From a virus, in IMG/VR virus record IMGVR_UViG_3300008113_000084, positions 25,382-89,381 of that record: DNA of 64,000 nucleotides. One strand, given 5' to 3'. A program made the translations under genes and the position numbers. Below, piece by piece: positions 57,510 through 64,000 of the stretch. Numbering within the stretch: the stretch's first letter is position 1; every line of letters begins with the position of its first letter. Below the pieces are notes generated by a model. It saw only the letters and a list, made by a program, of their open reading frames with translations. It was not told the DNA's origin and made no database searches.

Positions 57510-59102
57510 TTAGCGCTTAGCGTTTGGATCGCCCATGGTCATGTCCATGGCGCGAACATGCTGGCGCACGACCTTGCGGCTGCGGCCAGATACGTTGCGA
57601 GCCCGCTCAGCGCCGAACGAACGAATCTGTTCTATGTTGATGGGATCGACTTTGGTGACGGGGTTCACCAGCTTCAGCTCGGAGACGAGCTGGGCCGCTG
57701 TGAACTTGCCCTCGGTCGATGGGTCCATCTCGTATGCGTTCAGCTGCGCGTCGGAGACCGAGTTCTGAATCTCGGCACCTACGAATCCCTCGGAAGCCTC
57801 GATGATCTCGGTCCACTCGTGGGCGTCGAACGAGGTGGGGTCGATGTCACGAGCGCGCATATGAATCTCGAAGATTTGACGGCGCTCGTCGGCGTCTGGA
57901 GTATCGACGAAGAACACCTCGTCGAAACGGCCCTTGCGCAGCATCTCGGGAGGAATACCAGCCACGCGGTTCATGGTCATCACCACGAACGTGCGGGTGG
58001 TTTTCTCAGCCAGCCAGGTCAGCAGCTGGCCGAAGATGCGGCGGGTCACGCCGCTGTCGCCAGAGCTCTCGACCGCACCGCCGAGCGCCTTGTCGGCCTC
58101 GTCGATCAGCAGAACTGACCCGTTCATGACCTGAATCTCCTCACGGGTGCGGCGCTCGGACTCGCCGACCAGGGAGTTGAACAGGGCACCGATGTCCATC
58201 TTCAGCAGCGGCAGGTGCAGCTGCTTGGCGATGGCCCGTGCGCAGACCGACTTGCCGGTACCAGGCACACCCAGCAGAACGATGCCCTTCGGCATGGCCA
58301 GCTTCAGCCGCTCGGCCTCCTCGGTGTAGGCGACCTTGCGGCGGTTCAGCCAGTTCTTCAACTCCAGGAAGCCGCCCAGATCGGTGCTGGACATGATCTC
58401 CTTCTTGGAGACGTAAGTCAGCACTTCGGACTTCTTGAGAAGCAACGCCTTCTCTTCCTCGACCGTGTCCATGACCTCCTCGCAGAACCGCCCGTGAGTC
58501 AGCACCGACTCGGCCAGCACGTCGGTAGCGTCAGGGCAGGTCAGACCAGACAGGCTGTTGACGATCTGGTGTCGCAAATCCTGAGTGCACTCGCGACGGG
58601 ACTCGTCGCGAATCGATTGCTGGATACTCTCAAAGACAGTGGACAGCTGCTGCCGGTTTGGCAGCACCATCTCGACCATCTTCATGTAGGGCATGACGTC
58701 GGGATTCATTACCGACCCCGTGGTCAGGATGAACAGCGGGCGGCGTTGACGGCCATTGTTGAACGCCTGCATCGACACCAGCCGCTTCAGGCTGGAGACG
58801 AGGGCTGGGATTGCGCCCAGGTCGTAATGCAGGTCGTGCATCGCCACGATGGCGTTGCCTTGAACGGCGTTCTCGCCGCTGGCAACGGCTTCGAGCGCCT
58901 GGACAGGGTTGATCATGTTGTTGGTGCCGAACCCCTTCGCGGGGTCCCAGGTCCTGAAGTCCAGGTTAAGGTTGTCCGCAATCTTCTTGAGCATCTGCTC
59001 GGCGGCGTTGATCTGGCCGCCGCACACCAGGTGGACAACCTGGACGCCGCTGCGGATGTAGTTACGAATCTTGTTCTCGACTTCTTGAGCGTCACGAAGC
59101 AT
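57510..59102 (-). CDS. Ycf46-like AAA+ ATPase
   Basis: Degenerate N-terminal P-loop domain (MHDLH); LGVPGTGKS, GESE, LLIDEADK and PPEMLRKGRFDE. Confidence 0.9.
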   Translation of the reverse strand: MLRDAQEVENKIRNYIRSGVQVVHLVCGGQINAAEQMLKKIADNLNLDFRTWDPAKGFGTNNMINPVQALEAVASGENAVQGNAIVAMHDLHYDLGAIPALVSSLKRLVSMQAFNNGRQRRPLFILTTGSVMNPDVMPYMKMVEMVLPNRQQLSTVFESIQQSIRDESRRECTQDLRHQIVNSLSGLTCPDATDVLAESVLTHGRFCEEVMDTVEEEKALLLKKSEVLTYVSKKEIMSSTDLGGFLELKNWLNRRKVAYTEEAERLKLAMPKGIVLLGVPGTGKSVCARAIAKQLHLPLLKMDIGALFNSLVGESERRTREEIQVMNGSVLLIDEADKALGGAVESSGDSGVTRRIFGQLLTWLAEKTTRTFVVMTMNRVAGIPPEMLRKGRFDEVFFVDTPDADERRQIFEIHMRARDIDPTSFDAHEWTEIIEASEGFVGAEIQNSVSDAQLNAYEMDPSTEGKFTAAQLVSELKLVNPVTKVDPINIEQIRSFGAERARNVSGRSRKVVRQHVRAMDMTMGDPNAKR

Positions 59103-59156
59103 GGTAGTACCTTTCAGCCTTTCGGGCCTGGTTAAGAGAAACTGTCTTTGAGTTGC

Positions 59157-59867
59157 TTACTTGGGCAAAGACGCCAGCAGCTTTCGGGCAGCGCCAGAAG
59201 CGTCGCCGTTAGCCAGTGGCAGTTTTTCCAGCTGCTGCACCATGGCAGCAAGTCTGGCTTTGATCATGTCGTTGATGTCTTGCGTCTTGGACTGTTCTGT
59301 CTCAAAGATGGCTTGAAACATCTCGGGGTCGTCAGAGAAGTCGTACCTGACCTTCTCGATAACTTCCTTGTAGTCCTTGCGCAGACCGACCTTCAAAATG
59401 TCTGGAGGCGTAAGAATACCCTCAGACTTCAGCATCTCGGAGATATAGTCAACGATCTCCTGAGTAAACGGTTCTTGCTCGTCGTCCTCGGGAGGACTGA
59501 GCATCAAAGCTTCAGTCATGCCCCACGCGCATTCTCCAGCGTCGGCTGGGTCAAACACGGTGGGGTCGAAGCTGTCTCCAGAAAGGACGTTGCACAGATT
59601 GATGAAGTCTGGCAGCGACTGGAAGAACGAGTCTGTAGAGACAATGGCTATAGCTGTCATCAGTCTGTCAAGTATGTTGCGAGGCAGCTTTATACCGTAG
59701 TCACTCTCGATCTCGCTCTCTATCGTCTTGGGGTCCCAATCGAAGGCTTCTGTGCCATAAGTGTCAATGAACAAAGTTAGCAGCGTTGTGGCAAAGCTGT
59801 CGGCGTTAAGCCACACCGCTTTCCTTGCTTCAAACCTTGTTCGCAGATTATGGCGCAGCTCAGCCAT
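59157..59867 (-). CDS. hypothetical acidic protein
   Basis: 236-aa ORF. Confidence 0.75.
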   Translation of the reverse strand: MAELRHNLRTRFEARKAVWLNADSFATTLLTLFIDTYGTEAFDWDPKTIESEIESDYGIKLPRNILDRLMTAIAIVSTDSFFQSLPDFINLCNVLSGDSFDPTVFDPADAGECAWGMTEALMLSPPEDDEQEPFTQEIVDYISEMLKSEGILTPPDILKVGLRKDYKEVIEKVRYDFSDDPEMFQAIFETEQSKTQDINDMIKARLAAMVQQLEKLPLANGDASGAARKLLASLPK

Positions 59868-60139
59868 TAGATGACCGCCTCCTGGACAGGGTAGTGAGCA
59901 CGTACCAGTCGTGTGGAGGCGTTCTTGAAGTCCTCGCCCAGGAGAGACTTACCGTTCTCGTCCACCCACTCGGTCCAGCTTCCGCCTGTGAATCCAGGAA
60001 CGGACAGCCCGTTCTTTCGTGCAAAGTCCAGAGCCAGGTTGCGAGCTTCGAGGCCCTTTACCTGCTCCAGGTTGTCAGCTTCGACTACAACGGTAGCCTT
60101 AGGCCCAGACCTCTCGAATGATTCTTCTACAATACGCAT
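59867..60139 (-). CDS. hypothetical protein
   Basis: 90-aa ORF with AAGGA SD. Confidence 0.7.
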   Translation of the reverse strand: MRIVEESFERSGPKATVVVEADNLEQVKGLEARNLALDFARKNGLSVPGFTGGSWTEWVDENGKSLLGEDFKNASTRLVRAHYPVQEAVI

Positions 60140-60197
60140 GTTTGTTCCTTTCGTAAAAGACCCGCCTACATCCTACTGTTTTTAAGGTTCTTTTCCA

Positions 60198-60260
60198 ATA
60201 GCTAAGGAAAAACCCCGACTAACCCGCAGCTCTCGAAAGAGTTGCGGGTTGTGGGGTTTT
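60198..60260 (-). terminator. intrinsic terminator (UUCG loop) plus TTAGCTAT
   Basis: AAAACCCC..AACCCGCA.CTCT-TTCG-AGAG.TGCGGGTT..GGGGTTTTT-CC-TTAGCTAT. Confidence 0.85.
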
Positions 60261-60264
60261 ATAG

Positions 60265-60426
60265 TTATTTGCATAACTGGCGCAGGTAGCGCTTTTTAGC
60301 GCCACTGCTGGTAAGGACTGTTGGGCGCATGGACACGCCCAGCTCGATGAGCCTCTGCTGGGTAGCAGTCAGCTCGATCTGGACCTTACCCACCACAAGC
60401 TGATTCTTAAGAACGATAGTCCTCAT
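60265..60426 (-). CDS. 53-aa basic peptide in its own cassette (not in ORF track)
   Basis: MRTIVLKNQLVVGKVQIELTATQQRLIELGVSMRPTVLTSSGAKKRYLRQLCK*; AAGGAG SD. Confidence 0.65.
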   Translation of the reverse strand: MRTIVLKNQLVVGKVQIELTATQQRLIELGVSMRPTVLTSSGAKKRYLRQLCK

Positions 60427-60468
60427 TAAACGTCTCCTTGACTGAGAGGGCTAATACTACACCAATAG

Positions 60469-60507
60469 ATTATGACCTGAAATCGCTGTGGATTTATTCA
60501 GGTCATA
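60469..60507 (-). promoter_or_regulatory. promoter TAAAT-N15-GTCATAAT overlapped by an 11-bp inverted repeat
   Basis: TATGACCTGAA (60471-60481) / TTCAGGTCATA (60497-60507). Confidence 0.6.
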
Positions 60508-60510
60508 GCT

Positions 60511-60933
60511 AAAAACAAAACCGACCAAGCCAGCGCTTAATAGCACTGGCCTAGTCGGTATGTTTATCCACGACTCATCACGTGGTCCCATTTAACTTAG
60601 GTGGGTTACCTAACGACGTTGACTGCTACACTTCGCAGTAGCTTCCATCAACGCGACCTCATAGCGCCCACCGCTCTCCGCTCTGGTCTGTGGGAGACCT
60701 CCTATGTTTACACCGTAGGTAATGGGAGCCTTGTCGCGGTATCCAATACGACACTGGTTTATTAGGATTGCCAGTGTGTTCCTTGCAGTATGTAGTTACT
60801 GCCAACTGCCCTTTTCAGGTAGGGCACTCTTTCGAGCCGCTAGAACGCGCACCTATCTCGTGTCGGGCGTCAGCCTTAGAGACATGGGGACTGACGGAAC
60901 GCAGTAGGTCTTGTGCGACAGCTACTTAGCATT
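60511..60933 (-). ncRNA. candidate independently transcribed structured RNA (~420 nt)
   Basis: Promoter motif at 60940-60967 and terminator at ~60511-60560; no - strand ORF with an SD; ~10 hairpins in two closed domains. Confidence 0.65.
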
Positions 60934-60971
60934 CATTTTATTCTGACGTGTTTTTTCTTTGAATTAAGCAG

Positions 60972-61274
60972 TCACATGGTGATCTGCACAAGCTTGCCAG
61001 ACTCGCTGCCGTAGATGACTCGTATCTTGTCAGCGCCCAGCTCCTTCTTCAGACGAGCCAGCGGTTCGCCCCTTAGGTTGGCGATGACTCGCTTGGCTTG
61101 GGCGTAGTTCAAGGACTTGGCAGCAGCTTTCCTGGCGCAAGGCCTGCACGTTGGGCTGCCTGGATTCTTGGAGGAGGCAGCCGTCTTCAGCGAGGGTATG
61201 TCTGCCAACAGCTTAGGATTGGTCAGCAGAGACGTGATGACCGAGTCCTCGACGATTACCAGTTTCTCAGCCAT
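60972..61274 (-). CDS. small basic protein with CxxC
   Basis: CRPC; 100 aa. Confidence 0.7.
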   Translation of the reverse strand: MAEKLVIVEDSVITSLLTNPKLLADIPSLKTAASSKNPGSPTCRPCARKAAAKSLNYAQAKRVIANLRGEPLARLKKELGADKIRVIYGSESGKLVQITM

Positions 61275-61277
61275 GGC

Positions 61278-61751
61278 TCACTCCGTCGGGGCGATTGTCG
61301 GCGGGGGGTCGCCGAACTTGAGTTCTGTTTGCGGGGCTGTTACGTCCATTCTGTTGAGCGTATTCACCAAGGCGGCTACTTCCTCGGTAAGCAGCTGCCA
61401 GGCTTCCTCGGCCAGAGACTGGGACCTAAACACCAGGTCCACGTAGTCCAGGCGACAGAACTCTGGGTATACGTTGACCAGAGGCTCGTCCTCTGGAAAC
61501 TCCTCCAGGTCTGAAGGGGAGCAGACGCCGTCAAAGGCCAGTCGGTACGAACCCTCTCTGGCGTTCAGAGCTTCCCTGGTATACCTGAAAATTTTGTCGG
61601 GCATGAGGTTGCCGCCGTAGGCCACAACCTTGAACCTGAAGCCCGTGATGCTGTTGGACCTATATTCTGTCTGGGTGAACCGCTTCAGCCAGATGCCCCT
61701 GCCGTAGTCTGGGTTACCCACGGAGGAACTGATAGACGACGAAGAGGGCAT
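61278..61751 (-). CDS. hypothetical protein
   Basis: 157-aa ORF with GAGGTGAGG SD. Confidence 0.7.
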   Translation of the reverse strand: MPSSSSISSSVGNPDYGRGIWLKRFTQTEYRSNSITGFRFKVVAYGGNLMPDKIFRYTREALNAREGSYRLAFDGVCSPSDLEEFPEDEPLVNVYPEFCRLDYVDLVFRSQSLAEEAWQLLTEEVAALVNTLNRMDVTAPQTELKFGDPPPTIAPTE

Positions 61752-61761
61752 GCCTCACCTC

Positions 61762-63780
61762 TTAGATGTTGAACAGAGGCTGGCTTGCACCGCGTCGGGC
61801 CGTGCTGGACCAGCAGATGATACGCTTATCGCCATTCCAGTTTTTAAGCGTATATCCATTTTGCCACATCTGCTCGCCGATGCAAATGTCACCGCCATTA
61901 TGACTTAGGCGCACATCTGGAATGTTAGCCTTGTGGATAGCTTCTGTTTTTACGGCCCAGCAGCTTCCTGTAACGAAGAATACTCGACTTCCGTTAACGG
62001 TTGGCTTTCCTTGCTTATCCCTGAAGTATTTTCCTCGATACCAGTCTGCTGACTTAAACCAAGCAGCATGTTTGGGCTGCATTGAGAAGTGGTAGATCGG
62101 CCCAAGCATGCCAAAATCAGAATCAGCAATAGCGTTAGAGTTAATAGCAGAACACAACTTGTTAAACCAAAGAGGGTCCACATCACACATTGTGTCGTCA
62201 TCGAACCACACTGACCATTTCGTTTTGATAGGGTTGTTGGGGTCGTGGAACATCTCGCGCATGCACGGATACTTGAACTTATTGGTTTCAGACCTGTACA
62301 TCGACGATATAACGCCTGCGTTCAGCATCTTCTGGCAAAGCGCGTCAGTATCTGGGCCTACGTTATTGCAGTACACGCGCAGGTCCAAGTCGTCTCTGCT
62401 CGTCGTGTTCTGTATTGCAGACAGGCAGCGCGTGTGCATGCTGGCGTAATTGCCATACAGCAGCAGGAACAGAGTGACTTTTCCTCCCAAAGTCTCCGAG
62501 TCTATCAGTCTGGTGGCTGGTGCTGGGGTGTTTTCTGGCGTTGTTGGAGTCAGAGCAGCCGTAGCAGCCATGTTTATGGCTTTTTTCTTGTTCAAATCCT
62601 CTGTAAGTCGTGGTGGGACAGGCTGAGTACCCAAATTGACCGACACGGGCTGCAAACCTGCCAGTTTTTTAGCTATTTCTGGCTTCTCTTGCGGCATTTC
62701 CAGTATTTTTTGGCTGACACGCGTGTCTTCTTCCTCTTTGAGCATAAACAGGCTGTATTTTTCACCGTTTTTCTCGAGAGTAAGCCTCTGAGTGATGTCT
62801 GGAAGCACCATACCCTCCAATAACGGCAGCGTACCGTCGATGTAGTAGGACAAAACCGAAGAAACTACCCTTTCGACGGAGATCATGTCCATGCAAAGAG
62901 GCACCATCTGCCCACTTTCAGCTGGCACAGCATAGTGGCAGAAGCTTTTATCCCCTTCCATCTTCTGTACTTTGTTCTTCCAGCAGCCTTTTGTGGCGCA
63001 ACAGTCCAGTTTTCCGATGGTGTGCAGGTACTGATGGTTCACAGGCAGCAGATTACGCACAGGATCAAGGCCTGGATTGTCCCTGTGATAGGCTTCCCAC
63101 CACCATTCCTCTCTACCACCCCCTGTTACGACGCAGGGTTTGCCCAAAGCAGCCGCTATATGCATGGCCGACGTGATTGTGCAGATGACCCCTTCGGCAT
63201 TGTTGATGATTCGGAACATCTGGCGCAGGTCAGTCTTACCGACAAGACTGGTGACGTTCTTGAGTTCAGGGTGGAAATGCGTGGGGAACTGACCTTTTCC
63301 GCCGATTTGCACGACGGGAATGCCGATTTCAGCCAGAATATCGACAACTTTTTGGTAGCGCTCGTAAACCCAATGTTTTGTGGTGAAATCACCCTTTCCG
63401 CCAGCCACAACCACCCAGTAACGGCCTTCCAGCAGCGGTTTTTGCTCTTCTGGCGACAGGTGCAGGTCTGGATGCGGGTAAAGCAGAGGCACGTCTATGC
63501 CTGTCTGCGTCTTTAAGTTTTTGTAGAAGGATGTCAGGAAGTGAATCTTTTCTGATGCTGCTTTTCTGATGTACTCTCCGTACGTCAGGTTTACAATCTT
63601 TGCGCCTTTTTTGTCAGGCATTGGTTTGATGTAAGGGTTGTTGCTCCATATTTCTTTGAATGATGTGTCTACGCCTATGTGGTACTTTCCTGGATACGCT
63701 ATAGTCAGATCGCGTACAAGAGCCGTCATGACAATGATGTCACCTGGGGCTCTTTGATGCCTCAACAGTAGGCGTTCCAT
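61762..63780 (-). CDS. GT9 (heptosyltransferase-like) plus GT-A (GT2-like) fusion glycosyltransferase
   Basis: APGDIIV, KHW, LVGKTDLRQ and TSAMHIAAALGKPCV (GT9); C-terminal WFDDDT..HNGGD. Confidence 0.85.
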   Translation of the reverse strand: MERLLLRHQRAPGDIIVMTALVRDLTIAYPGKYHIGVDTSFKEIWSNNPYIKPMPDKKGAKIVNLTYGEYIRKAASEKIHFLTSFYKNLKTQTGIDVPLLYPHPDLHLSPEEQKPLLEGRYWVVVAGGKGDFTTKHWVYERYQKVVDILAEIGIPVVQIGGKGQFPTHFHPELKNVTSLVGKTDLRQMFRIINNAEGVICTITSAMHIAAALGKPCVVTGGGREEWWWEAYHRDNPGLDPVRNLLPVNHQYLHTIGKLDCCATKGCWKNKVQKMEGDKSFCHYAVPAESGQMVPLCMDMISVERVVSSVLSYYIDGTLPLLEGMVLPDITQRLTLEKNGEKYSLFMLKEEEDTRVSQKILEMPQEKPEIAKKLAGLQPVSVNLGTQPVPPRLTEDLNKKKAINMAATAALTPTTPENTPAPATRLIDSETLGGKVTLFLLLYGNYASMHTRCLSAIQNTTSRDDLDLRVYCNNVGPDTDALCQKMLNAGVISSMYRSETNKFKYPCMREMFHDPNNPIKTKWSVWFDDDTMCDVDPLWFNKLCSAINSNAIADSDFGMLGPIYHFSMQPKHAAWFKSADWYRGKYFRDKQGKPTVNGSRVFFVTGSCWAVKTEAIHKANIPDVRLSHNGGDICIGEQMWQNGYTLKNWNGDKRIICWSSTARRGASQPLFNI

Positions 63781-63789
63781 TTAAGCCTT

Positions 63790-64000
63790 TCAGACCACTG
63801 GTTCGTATTTATCGCAGCTAGTGCATACAGCTATATCTTTATAGTCACCAGCGCGCCTACATTTTTCAAACAAATTACACTTGTGTGTTACTGCGCCATT
63901 GCAACCGCAGCTTGAAGCTTTTTCTAGCGGTGGTCCTAGATGTACGCAAGGCACTCTAAGCCTTTGAATTTTTTCGTTAGCTGTTCCTTTGACGTTTATA
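63790..64000 (-). CDS. Cys-rich protein, C-terminal part (partial)
   Basis: ...PCVHLG..SCGC..HKC...KC...VCTSCDKYEPVV*. Confidence 0.65.
   Translation of the reverse strand, partial: INVKGTANEKIQRLRVPCVHLGPPLEKASSCGCNGAVTHKCNLFEKCRRAGDYKDIAVCTSCDKYEPVV

Noticed and set aside
60722-60907. 61-aa + strand ORF in the ncRNA cassette
   Set aside because: Antisense to the promoter/terminator orientation, with no convincing SD
55468-60933. tmRNA, RNase P RNA, group I/II intron, cobalamin riboswitch or hammerhead identity for the two large RNAs
   Set aside because: No tRNA-like ends, no GAGGAAAGUCC, no interrupted gene, no B12 box and no complete CUGAnGA/GAAA core
1-64000. Long + strand ORFs antisense to - strand genes (e.g. 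457..1212, 13666..14826, 18748..19641, 58215..59135)
   Set aside because: Shadow ORFs caused by GC-rich third positions; they have no motifs and fully overlap clearly identifiable genes
1-64000. CRISPR array or TIGR-type tandem guide array
   Set aside because: No regularly spaced direct repeats seen by eye in any intergenic region; a degenerate array could be missed without a repeat finder
1-64000. Alternative genetic code (stop-codon reassignment)
   Set aside because: Long conserved genes are intact under the standard code, TAA/TAG/TGA all end genes, and no suppressor tRNA is seen

Overview
This window looks like 64 kb of a large (jumbo-type) dsDNA bacteriophage genome in the standard genetic code, with almost all genes on the - strand. 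A Planctomycetota-like host is suggested by two CsrA genes, the Ycf46-AAA/DUF1257/DUF2997 module and Cys-rich small proteins, but this is inference. 1-28 kb is a replication/recombination/nucleotide block: RuvC, DnaQ-type exonuclease, ThyX, RecA/UvsX, probable SSB, dCTP deaminase, PolA with an N-terminal UDG-like domain, primase, DnaB-like helicase, UvsW-like helicase and SbcCD. 28-48 kb is an accessory region with CsrA x2, HldE, a DenV-like glycosylase, four tRNAs and many small hypotheticals. 48-64 kb holds a GpA-type terminase, a primase-like giant protein, a probable head protein, an AAA/DUF module and a GT9-GT2 glycosyltransferase. Most notable: (i) two ~400-nt, apparently non-coding, heavily base-paired RNAs (55468-55842 and 60511-60933) plus a ~115-nt one; (ii) an apparently catalytically dead IS110/Nop-fold protein fixed in the replication operon, a candidate RNA-guided factor; (iii) expression cassettes sharing a TAAAT-N15/16-GTCATAAT promoter and a hairpin+TTAGCTA end; (iv) phage-encoded ADP-heptose synthesis plus heptosyltransferase; (v) two different AUA-decoding tRNAs. 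All family assignments come from motif recognition by eye; no searches were run.
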